From NCBI GenBank assembly GCA_045642665.1, contig JAZUJH010000137.1, forward strand, positions 2,242-66,241: DNA of 64,000 nt, given 5' to 3'. Under the pieces are notes generated by a model that saw only the letters and a program-made list of their open reading frames with translations, had not been told where the DNA came from and did not search any database. The position numbers and the translations under genes were made by a program. This document shows, in pieces, positions 55,744-64,000 of this stretch. The stretch comes from Treponema sp. GTDB taxonomy: Bacteria; Spirochaetota; Spirochaetia; Treponematales; Treponemataceae. Within the stretch, counting starts at the first letter, position 1; each line of letters begins with the position of its first letter.

Positions 55744-56391
55744 ATGAAGAAATTCATAACAATCAGCCGCGAATACGGTAGCGGTGGTCATACAATTGCA
55801 AAACTTGTTGCAGAAAATTTGGGTCTTCCTTTCTATGACAAGGAAATTATTGACATGTCTGCAAAGAATTCAGGTCTTTCACCGGATTTTATTAAGGAAA
55901 CTGAACAGAATATTTCTTCCGGCTGGATGTACACAATGCTTCTGGGCGCAAGTTATGCGGCTCCCGGAACCAGTGCAATTAACGGAGGTGCAGCCCATAC
56001 ACCTACGCTTCCTCTGGCTGACCAGGTCTTCAATGCACAGCGTAATGTTATTATTGAACTTGCAAAGAAGGGGCCGTGTGTAATTGTCGGCCGTTGCGCT
56101 GATTATATTTTGCGCAACTGTAAAGAAGTTGACCGCAGTGATGTATTCAATGTTTTCATATACGCACCTCTTGAAGACAAGGTAAAGCGTGCCATTGAAC
56201 AGAAGGGACTGAATCCTGCTACTGCGGAAAAAGAGGTTAAGCTTATTGACAAGCGCCGTGCAAATCATTACAACACTTTTACGGAAAGAACCTGGGGAAA
56301 CAGGACTCATTATGATATGCTTATAAACAGCTCACTTCTGGGACTGGAAAAATCCGCAGAAATGATTGCTGAAATTGTTAAGCATTCCTGA
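55744..56391 (+). CDS. Cytidylate-kinase-like family protein
   Basis: ITISREYGSGG, FYDKEII, VIVGRCADYIL, YDMLINSS. Confidence 0.88.
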   Translation: MKKFITISREYGSGGHTIAKLVAENLGLPFYDKEIIDMSAKNSGLSPDFIKETEQNISSGWMYTMLLGASYAAPGTSAINGGAAHTPTLPLADQVFNAQRNVIIELAKKGPCVIVGRCADYILRNCKEVDRSDVFNVFIYAPLEDKVKRAIEQKGLNPATAEKEVKLIDKRRANHYNTFTERTWGNRTHYDMLINSSLLGLEKSAEMIAEIVKHS

Positions 56392-56394
56392 AAA

Positions 56395-57681
56395 TCATCT
56401 GCCAAGGAATTTAATTCTTACGTTCTGGATCCGTCTTGCACTTTGGTCTTCTACAATGAAGACTGTCCTGTTGTAAGTGTAGGCGGCTCCAAGAGACGGA
56501 AGTTCATCAAAACATTCGAGAAGCCATCCGCCGAGTGTATCAAAATTTTCACTTGAAAGGTTCAGCTTCAGAACATCGTTCAGGTCATCAAGCTTCATGT
56601 CGCCTGGAACAAGGAATTCGTTTGCACTTACAATGCTGATTCTTGCTTCTGGAGCAACTTCAAGTCTTCCGTATTCGTCTGTCATTCTTCCGAAGACTTC
56701 CTTAAGAATATCATCCATTGTAACAATGCCTGCAGTTTCTCCGTATTCATCAATTGCGGCTGCAAAGTTTGTGTTGTGTTCCTTCATCTTTTTTAGAAGA
56801 TCCGTAGCGCTCATTGTTTCAGGAACAAACAGAATATCTTCCATGCAGATGCGTACAAAATCTTTGCTGCACTTAAGTTCCTTTGAGGCAAACAGAACGG
56901 ACTTATAATTTAGAAGACCTATTATGGAATCCTCCGAATCCCTGCAGACAGGAAGTTTTGAATAACCGGAACAGGCAAAAGTTTTTATAACCTCATCAAT
57001 AGAGTCATTTATGTTCACATACTTTATGAAAGACCTGTGTCTCATGATGCCGTGTACCTGGAGATCAGAAAATTCAAAGATCCTGTCCAGCATCTTCTTT
57101 TCGTCCTCCTCAAGGGTACCTTCTTTTTTGCCGACATCAAGAAGCATTTTAAGTTCATCTTCCGTAATGAGAGGAGATTCTGATTTTATCAGAGTCTTTT
57201 CCAGGAAGTTAATGAACTTTGCAAGTAGGTCAAAGACATAGACAATAGGGAAAAGTATTTTCTGCAGAATTATAATTGTACGGGCACTTTTCAGTGCAAC
57301 TTCATCACTTTTTACGGCCGCATAAGTTTTAGGGATTATTTCACTGAAAATTATTATGCAGACACTTATTAGTGCAGTTCCGTAGGAAACATATTCAGGT
57401 CCGAGAACATTCAAGGAGAATGCGGTTGCCACAGCAGAGGAGAGGGTCGTAATGAAGTTTGTCCCGATTAGGACTGTAGAAATGAGACGGTCCAGGTTGT
57501 TTTTTAATCTTGAAACCTTCTTTGCATTCCTTACGTTGTCCTGAACCATCTGTCGTACTTTGATTCTGGAAATTGAAGTGTATGCGGTTTCTGATGAAGC
57601 GAAGAATGCTGCGCAGAAAATAAGAAGAACTTCCGCTGCCAGAGGAATAATAATTTTTGTCAGCACATAAGTTAAAGTCAT
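56395..57681 (-). CDS. HlyC/CorC (CNNM-CBS-CorC) family transporter, paralogue 2
   Basis: FFASSETA, SEIIPK, SGYSKLPV, DEYGETAGIVTMDD, DTLGGW. Confidence 0.9.
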   Translation of the reverse strand: MTLTYVLTKIIIPLAAEVLLIFCAAFFASSETAYTSISRIKVRQMVQDNVRNAKKVSRLKNNLDRLISTVLIGTNFITTLSSAVATAFSLNVLGPEYVSYGTALISVCIIIFSEIIPKTYAAVKSDEVALKSARTIIILQKILFPIVYVFDLLAKFINFLEKTLIKSESPLITEDELKMLLDVGKKEGTLEEDEKKMLDRIFEFSDLQVHGIMRHRSFIKYVNINDSIDEVIKTFACSGYSKLPVCRDSEDSIIGLLNYKSVLFASKELKCSKDFVRICMEDILFVPETMSATDLLKKMKEHNTNFAAAIDEYGETAGIVTMDDILKEVFGRMTDEYGRLEVAPEARISIVSANEFLVPGDMKLDDLNDVLKLNLSSENFDTLGGWLLECFDELPSLGAAYTYNRTVFIVEDQSARRIQNVRIKFLGR

Positions 57682-58976
57682 TCGTCCTCCTCATCGTTAT
57701 CGTCTGAATCTGAGTTCCTGCATGCGTTGACCTGTGCAACTCTTTTGTCTTCCATCTTCGTGACTGTAAATGTAAAGCCTTCTGAGTTTATGCTTTCCCC
57801 GCACTGGGGAATATGTCCAAGAACTTCGCAGATGTAACCGCCAATTGTTTCGCAGTTTTCTGATTCCATTTTTGTGTTCAGTTTTTCGTTGAGGTCAATT
57901 AAACGCATCAGGCCGCTGAAACTTGAATCAGGTTCAAGTGAATCCGGCTGGGAGTTTCTGTTCTGATTTTCTGCCGGCCCGAAAATTTCAAACGTAATGT
58001 CATCAGTTGTAAGAACTCCGTCCGTTCCTGAATATTCATCAATTACAATCGCAATGCTCTGACGGTTTTCACGGAGCATCTGCTGTATGCTGGACATTTT
58101 TTTTGTTTCAAGGATGAACAGGGGAGGTCTCATTACTTTGGAAAGAGAAAATTCTTCTTCGGAGAAATTATCCTGTGATGAAATGAACAGCAGGTCCTTC
58201 AGGTACAGTACACCAATAATATCGTCTATGTCTTTCCTGTAAATCGGAAACCGAGAAAGCTGATGCTTCTGGGAAAATTCAATTATTTCCCTGTAGCTTG
58301 CCCTTTCATGCAAAGCTTTTATTTCTTTGCGGGGAATCATAATGTCCTTTGCTTCAAGGTCAGAAAATTTGAAAACCTGTCGCATCATTGTTTTCTCGTT
58401 GTTTTCGATGATACCTGCTTCGCTGCTTACGTCAATGAAGGTTTTGATTTCTTCTTCCGTGAAGGAAATATTTTTCCTGCGGGTATCAATTCCCATAAGC
58501 TTCAGAATAGAGCGCGAGATGTGAGTAAACAAAAATACAAATGGAGTGAGAATCATCTGCACGAAGTCTATGAATCCACAGAAGAAAAATGCAATTGCTT
58601 CAGGATGGTGTGTGGCAATTGTTTTAGGAGAAATTTCTCCGAAGACCAAAAGCAGAAGCGTTGCACAGAAAGTTGCAATTCCAACACCGGCACTTCCAAA
58701 AAGTTTAATGGCTATGAAAGTAATAATTGAAGAAAGTGCCACGTTTACAATGTTGTTGCCTATCAGCAGTGTGTTTATCAAACGCTCCTTGTTGCTGAGC
58801 AGCTTGAGAACACGTATTGCCCGTTTGTTTTTCCGGTTCTTAAGTGAACGCAGCCGAAGCTTGTTTACAGAAAGAAATGCGCTTTCGGCTGCAGAAAAAG
58901 AAAGTGAAAGCAGAATCAGTATGAGCGCTGCAATAAGTAAAAGACCTATGGGAATTGGTGCGGAATCAGTTTCCAT
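57678..58976 (-). CDS. HlyC/CorC (CNNM-CBS-CorC) family transporter, paralogue 1
   Basis: FSAAESA, LLIGNNIVN, GEISPK, SRFPIY, DEYSGTDGVLTTDD, ETIGGY; ATGA overlap with paralogue 2. Confidence 0.9.
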   Translation of the reverse strand: METDSAPIPIGLLLIAALILILLSLSFSAAESAFLSVNKLRLRSLKNRKNKRAIRVLKLLSNKERLINTLLIGNNIVNVALSSIITFIAIKLFGSAGVGIATFCATLLLLVFGEISPKTIATHHPEAIAFFFCGFIDFVQMILTPFVFLFTHISRSILKLMGIDTRRKNISFTEEEIKTFIDVSSEAGIIENNEKTMMRQVFKFSDLEAKDIMIPRKEIKALHERASYREIIEFSQKHQLSRFPIYRKDIDDIIGVLYLKDLLFISSQDNFSEEEFSLSKVMRPPLFILETKKMSSIQQMLRENRQSIAIVIDEYSGTDGVLTTDDITFEIFGPAENQNRNSQPDSLEPDSSFSGLMRLIDLNEKLNTKMESENCETIGGYICEVLGHIPQCGESINSEGFTFTVTKMEDKRVAQVNACRNSDSDDNDEEDE

Positions 58977-59065
58977 ATTATTTGTTCGTTTGCCTCCGTA
59001 AAGTGTTTCTCGGCATCCCTGTTCCGTGGTGACGCCCTTTATTAAGTCTGCTTCAGAATTTTCCT

Positions 59066-60034
59066 TTATTCAAACAGCTCGGAATCTTCTTCTGATAAAT
59101 CTTCAGGATATTCGTCTTCTTTGATTTCCTGAGAAGCTTTGTTGCAAAGTTCCTGCATTATTTTTGCATTGTCCATCATGTCCTGTACATGAGTCTGGGC
59201 AATTGCATCTGATGTATTTTCGTATGCAGTCTGCAGAAGATCAAGCATTCTGTCATAGCGTTGGCTTTCCGTAATTGCATAAACCCAGGCACCCTGGTAT
59301 GCGGCTTCAAACATCTGTGACTTATCAAGATGCCCGTTCTGGACAAGCTTTTCAAAAACAAAGCAGGCTTTATCTTTCTCATCACTTATCAGATAATCCA
59401 TGCACTTTGCATAAGCGTTTATCAGTTCGTATTTTCCCAGAAGTCCGGATGTGTTTTTCTCATCAAGGGCAGGAACTTCTTCGCAGAGACTGTCCAAGGG
59501 ATGCCTGAAATAAATATCCGTTGCTTCATACAGTTCGTCTATTGCAAAAAGTTTCCTGTTTCCGGTAAAAGAATTTGTATTTGCAATCTTATCCTTTATA
59601 GTCTTATTTGCTTCCTCAAATGAAAGAACCTCGGCTTCAAGATTTCCTTCCGACAAATATTTATCTTCGTATTGAATGTAGCGGATAACATAGCCTTCCT
59701 TTGACAGGACAAATATTCCCGGAAGATATTCAATGTAGTAGTCACGCTCAATTTTGCTGCAAACTTCAGGATGATTTTCATCATTTACGTTCGCATCAAG
59801 GAATACATATTTTTTTTGCAGGAGAGAAGCAAAATTTTTGTTCGACTTCAGCTGACCAATAAAATTCTGTGAGGTTTCATCATCGCCTCTTATAATCATC
59901 AGAATATCTTTTTCATTTTTTGTACACTGATTTTTTGCATCCTCAAAAGTGTAAACCCATTTATCCTTTGTGCAGGAAATAAAAGTGAATGCAGAAATTA
60001 AAAGTAATGAAACTGTACAAAAAGTTTTTTTCAT
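59066..60034 (-). CDS. Lipoprotein with a thioredoxin-like domain lacking CxxC, plus a helical C-terminus
   Basis: Lipobox FIS-C; WVYTFEDAK...DILMII, YYIEYLPGIFVLSKEG. Confidence 0.55.
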   Translation of the reverse strand: MKKTFCTVSLLLISAFTFISCTKDKWVYTFEDAKNQCTKNEKDILMIIRGDDETSQNFIGQLKSNKNFASLLQKKYVFLDANVNDENHPEVCSKIERDYYIEYLPGIFVLSKEGYVIRYIQYEDKYLSEGNLEAEVLSFEEANKTIKDKIANTNSFTGNRKLFAIDELYEATDIYFRHPLDSLCEEVPALDEKNTSGLLGKYELINAYAKCMDYLISDEKDKACFVFEKLVQNGHLDKSQMFEAAYQGAWVYAITESQRYDRMLDLLQTAYENTSDAIAQTHVQDMMDNAKIMQELCNKASQEIKEDEYPEDLSEEDSELFE

Positions 60035-60126
60035 TTGTTTTCTCCATTTAATGGATTATGTTAAAATATATAATGAACTGATATTCGCGAACTGCAAGTT
60101 GTGCTTAAAATTCGGAGAATATATTT

Positions 60127-60161
60127 GGGCATCCCTAAAAATTGTAATTCTCAGGGATGCC
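60127..60161. repeat. Short family-A palindrome after purL
   Basis: GGGCATCCCT-AAAAATTGTAATTCTC-AGGGATGCC; the loop equals the B 3' hairpin core. Confidence 0.78.
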
Positions 60162-60181
60162 TGATATCTTTTGCCTGCAGC

Positions 60182-63100
60182 TTAGTTGAAGTATCTTACT
60201 CCGGCTCTGAAGATATTCTGAGCCTTGTCCCCGTCAACATTCTTGAAGAGGTCAGAACTTGAACCGTCAGCATTAATTCCGACAGAACGTTCGTTGTGTC
60301 CCATCTTACCAAGAACTCTACCGTCAGGACTTGTGATGCCTTCAATTGCGAAGGCTGAACCGTTAGGATTGTCCGGCTCACTTATTGCAGGAACTCCGAA
60401 TTCATCAACATACTGTGTGAATACCTGTCCGGAAGCAAAAAGTTTTTCTGCAGTAGCATTGTCTACTACGAATCGTCCTTCTCCGTGGCTTATTGCAACA
60501 AGGTGTGTAGCAGGATCAAGCACTGAACGGTCAAGAGCCCAAGGACTTGCTGCACTTACCATGCGAGTTCTTACAATGCGGCTGATGTGGCGGCTTATCT
60601 TGTTGTATGTAAGAGTCGGCATTTCATCAGTCATGTCACGGAATTCTCCGTACATTGCAAGACCTGTCTTAACAAGAGCCTGGAAACCGTTACAGATACC
60701 AAGCACAAGACCGTCGCGGTTCTTGAGAAGATCTGTAACCTGGTCAGAAATCTTTCCGTTTCTCAGAACATTTGCAATGAATTTTGCAGAGCCGTCAGGT
60801 TCATCACCTGCAGAGAATCCTCCTGAAAGTGCAAGAATCTGAGCGTTCTTAAGTTCTGCTTCAAGGTCCGAAAGTGAAGCTTCAAGCTGGCCAGGAAGCT
60901 TATTTTTCAGGAGAACAATCTTTGTGTTTGCACCTGCAAGATTGAATGCACGGGCCATATCAAATTCACAGTTTGTTCCCGGGAAGACAGGAAGAACTAC
61001 CAGAGGCTTTTTGGCGCTTCTGTTTTCTACATGGAAAGTCTTTCTTGCTTCTTCAAGGGAAGAGTGAACCTTTGTTGCAAATTCAGGAAGGGCATCCTGT
61101 TCCTTTGCACCGCTGACTGCCGGATAGACCTTTGCAAGTTTTGCTTCCCATGCGCTTTCAATTTCATCAAGACCAATTTCAGCATCGTCAAATGTAATTG
61201 ACCTGTTTTCCGTTGTCTTACCGATGCAGAAAACAGTTCCCGAAACAAATGAACCAATTTCTTCAAGCTCTTCAGCTGTTTCAACAATGATTGAACCGTA
61301 GAGAGGTGTAAAGAGATCTTCAACGCCTGCTTCTTTTTTGATTCCGACTGCAGTAGCACTGTACGGAATGGTCTCAAGGTCACAACCGATCTTGTTGCCC
61401 AAAGCCATCTTGCTTACTGCTTCCGCAATACCGCCTGCGTTTACAGGATACATTGCATCAATCTTTCCGCCTGCATTAAGTTCGTAGAGAACCTTCGCAT
61501 TCTTCTTGAAAGTTTCAAAGTCCGGAGCAAGCTGTGCTGAATAAGGAACAGTAACAAGATAAACATTGTTGCCGGCTTTCTTGAAGGAACCGCTTGTAAT
61601 GTTCTTAACATTTTCTGTGTCAACTGCAAAAGAAACCAGAGTGTGAGGAACGTTCAGGTCTTCAAAAGTACCGCTCATTGAGTCCTTTCCGCCAATTGAA
61701 CCCGTTCCCATGGAAACCTGTGCATCAACAGAACCAAGGAGAGCTGCAGCAGGATATCCCCATGCGTTTTCATTTACGGCTCTTCCAAAGAATTCCTGGA
61801 AAGTAAGACGACAGCTTTCCGGCTTACCACCCATACAGGCAATCTTGGCAAGACTTGAAAGGACAGCTACCTGTGCACCGTGCCATGCACTCCACTGGGC
61901 AACTCTGGGATCAAATCCGTAGGACATAAGGCTTGCAGTTGAAGTTTCTCTAGGGCTAACGACAGGAAGCTTTGCAGCCATACCAGCTTCAGGTGTGCCC
62001 TGATATTTTCCTCCGTAAGGGAAGAGAACAGTGGATGAACCGATGGAACCGTCGAAGCGTTCACCCAGACCTCTCTGGGAACAGCATGCAAGGTCGTTCA
62101 TGTTTGCAAGCCAGGCTTCCTCAATCTTATCAGCCGCAGCATTTTCACCTGCATCGTTTGCACTGTCATAGTCGGCGAATACCTTTGAAACAGTTTCAAG
62201 AGGTTTTACGAGCGGAGAATCTTCCGGCGCAGAAGGAGATGCAATGTTTGCAACCGCATGATGTTCTGCACCTGCTGCATCAAGGAATGAACGGTCAAGC
62301 TCAACAACAGTCTTGCCGCGCCACTTCATTACAAGCTTGTTCGTATCTGTAACAGTTGCAACAACAACTGCGTTAAGGTTTTCATCGTTTGCAGCCTTAA
62401 TGAAACGTTCCGCATCGCCCTTGCGGACAACACATGCCATGCGTTCCTGGCTTTCACTGATTGCAAGTTCCGTTCCGTCAAGACCGTCATACTTCTTTGG
62501 AACAAGGTCAAGATTAATATCAAGACCAGGAGCAAGCTCGCCTATTGCAACAGAAACACCGCCGGCACCAAAGTCATTGCAGCGTCGGATCATTTTGCAT
62601 ACATCTTTGTTGCGGAAAAGTCTCTGTATCTTTCTTTCCTCAACAGCGTTACCTTTCTGAACTTCAGCGGCGGCGGTTGTAACAGATTTTGTAGTGTGAA
62701 CTTTAGATGAACCTGTAGCACCGCCAATACCGTCTCGTCCGGTTCCTCCGCCCAACAAAACAACAACATCACCGGCATCAGGTTCTTCACGGAGTACCTG
62801 TTCAGCAGGACTTGCAGAAATAACGGCACCAAGTTCCATGCGCTTTGCAACATAACCCGGGTGATAAATTTCTGCAACCTGACCAGTCGTAAGACCGATC
62901 TGGTTACCGTAAGAAGAGAATCCCTGAGCAGCTTCACGGCAAATCTTAACCTGAGGAAGCTTTCCCTTCAGAGTTTCGTTCAAAGGAACAGTCGGATCAG
63001 AAGCACCTGTAATGCGCATTGACTGGTAAACCCATGAGCGGCCTGAAAGAGGGTCACGGATTGCACCTCCAAGACATGTTGCGGCTCCACCGAATGGTTC

Positions 63101-64000
63101 AATTTCTGTAGGATGGTTGTGAGTCTCATTCTTGAACTGCAAAAGCCATCTTTCTGTTGCCTCAGGAGAATTTTCATCTATAGGGTTACCGTTTTCATCA
63201 GTCGTGTAATGAACATCAATAAAAATGGAACATGCATTAATTTCAGCACTTGTTTCAAGGTCATCAAGTTTTCCGTGCCTGCGAAGATATTTTGCACCGA
63301 TGCATGCCATGTCCATAAGAGTAACAGGCTTATCCTTGCGGTCAGCATAAAGATCTGTACGCATGGAAGTATAGTTTTCCCATGACTTTCTGAAAAGAGA
63401 TGCGTAAGGACCTTCTTCAATCTTAACATCGTCAAGCTGTGTAAGGAAAGTTGTATGGCGGCAGTGGTCTGACCAGTATGTATCAAGAACACGGATTTCA
63501 GTAAGCGTAGGGTCGCGGTTTATTGATTTGAAATAATCCTGAAGGAATTTAATGTCAGCAAGGTCCATTGCAAGACCAAGTTCTTTTCTATAGGAATCAA
63601 GCTTTGGATCGTCAAGTGAAGTGAAACCTTCAACAGTAGGAATATCTGAAGGAACTGCCGCATCCATCTTAAGAGTTGCAGGCTTGGAAGAATCTGTAAG
63701 ACGGCTGTCCACAGGGTTTATAAGATAGTTCTGGATTTTTACAAGATCATCTGCTGAAACTGTTCCCGAAAGAAGAACAACCTTTGCACATCGTACACGA
63801 GGAGGTTCAGTTCCGACCGCAGTTTCATTCTTCATCCCCTCGCGCAGAAGAGAAAGACACTGTTCGGCACTGTCAGCTCTCTGATCGTACTGTCCGGGCA
63901 GATACTCCCAGATAATCTCCTGACAACCTTCTGGAATCTCTAGTGCCTCGAACATAACGCAGTCACTCTGAGGTTCAGAGAAGATGCGTGTTGCAGCAGC
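60182..64000 (-). CDS. purL: Phosphoribosylformylglycinamidine synthase (large fused form), 5' end outside the window
   Basis: YWSDHCRH, KNETHNHPT, DFGAGG, SESQERM, GGKDSMSG, FPGTNC, GGFSAGD, LGICNGFQ, SHGEG, KMGHNER. Frame stays open to base 64000. Confidence 0.96.
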   Translation of the reverse strand, partial: AAATRIFSEPQSDCVMFEALEIPEGCQEIIWEYLPGQYDQRADSAEQCLSLLREGMKNETAVGTEPPRVRCAKVVLLSGTVSADDLVKIQNYLINPVDSRLTDSSKPATLKMDAAVPSDIPTVEGFTSLDDPKLDSYRKELGLAMDLADIKFLQDYFKSINRDPTLTEIRVLDTYWSDHCRHTTFLTQLDDVKIEEGPYASLFRKSWENYTSMRTDLYADRKDKPVTLMDMACIGAKYLRRHGKLDDLETSAEINACSIFIDVHYTTDENGNPIDENSPEATERWLLQFKNETHNHPTEIEPFGGAATCLGGAIRDPLSGRSWVYQSMRITGASDPTVPLNETLKGKLPQVKICREAAQGFSSYGNQIGLTTGQVAEIYHPGYVAKRMELGAVISASPAEQVLREEPDAGDVVVLLGGGTGRDGIGGATGSSKVHTTKSVTTAAAEVQKGNAVEERKIQRLFRNKDVCKMIRRCNDFGAGGVSVAIGELAPGLDINLDLVPKKYDGLDGTELAISESQERMACVVRKGDAERFIKAANDENLNAVVVATVTDTNKLVMKWRGKTVVELDRSFLDAAGAEHHAVANIASPSAPEDSPLVKPLETVSKVFADYDSANDAGENAAADKIEEAWLANMNDLACCSQRGLGERFDGSIGSSTVLFPYGGKYQGTPEAGMAAKLPVVSPRETSTASLMSYGFDPRVAQWSAWHGAQVAVLSSLAKIACMGGKPESCRLTFQEFFGRAVNENAWGYPAAALLGSVDAQVSMGTGSIGGKDSMSGTFEDLNVPHTLVSFAVDTENVKNITSGSFKKAGNNVYLVTVPYSAQLAPDFETFKKNAKVLYELNAGGKIDAMYPVNAGGIAEAVSKMALGNKIGCDLETIPYSATAVGIKKEAGVEDLFTPLYGSIIVETAEELEEIGSFVSGTVFCIGKTTENRSITFDDAEIGLDEIESAWEAKLAKVYPAVSGAKEQDALPEFATKVHSSLEEARKTFHVENRSAKKPLVVLPVFPGTNCEFDMARAFNLAGANTKIVLLKNKLPGQLEASLSDLEAELKNAQILALSGGFSAGDEPDGSAKFIANVLRNGKISDQVTDLLKNRDGLVLGICNGFQALVKTGLAMYGEFRDMTDEMPTLTYNKISRHISRIVRTRMVSAASPWALDRSVLDPATHLVAISHGEGRFVVDNATAEKLFASGQVFTQYVDEFGVPAISEPDNPNGSAFAIEGITSPDGRVLGKMGHNERSVGINADGSSSDLFKNVDGDKAQNIFRAGVRYFN

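Overview
Chromosomal window, most likely from a gut or rumen Treponema-like spirochete. That assignment is inferred from the gene families (omptin, FGE-domain and LEA2 lipoproteins, membrane-anchored LuxR, LolA-like/FtsX export operon, tandem HlyC/CorC, MCP) and was not checked against a database. Content in order: the tail of a surface-polysaccharide locus (acyltransferase, GT2, GT remnant, rmlD, priming transferase, manA, NusG paralogue); pyrimidine genes (pyrF, fused pyrK-pyrD, pyrB-pyrI-pyrC); sugar catabolism and uptake (kduI-kduD, fucose-isomerase-family enzyme with DUF4867, YtfQRT/YjfF-like ABC importer with a sensor binding protein/histidine kinase/AraC regulator); a wzz-ftsX-ftsX-lolA-like-OMP-ABC operon divergent from wecA; a heterodimeric multidrug ABC pair; OhrR; RNA pseudouridine synthases; and purL cut by the right edge. 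I found no rRNA, tRNA, CRISPR array, integrase or transposase. The main unexplained structure is a dense set of related intergenic palindromic elements: a ~120-bp family B (6 copies, all in the same orientation), a 121-bp family C (2 copies at ~90% identity plus a reversed relic) and many short hairpins. One C copy sits inside a B copy with a TTAA duplication, which points to mobility. Also notable are many apparently leaderless genes, a candidate uORF attenuator upstream of the multidrug ABC pair, a near-perfect OhrR box, an unannotated 49-aa membrane protein, and an acidic D-x-L-F motif shared by two components of the Lol-like export operon.
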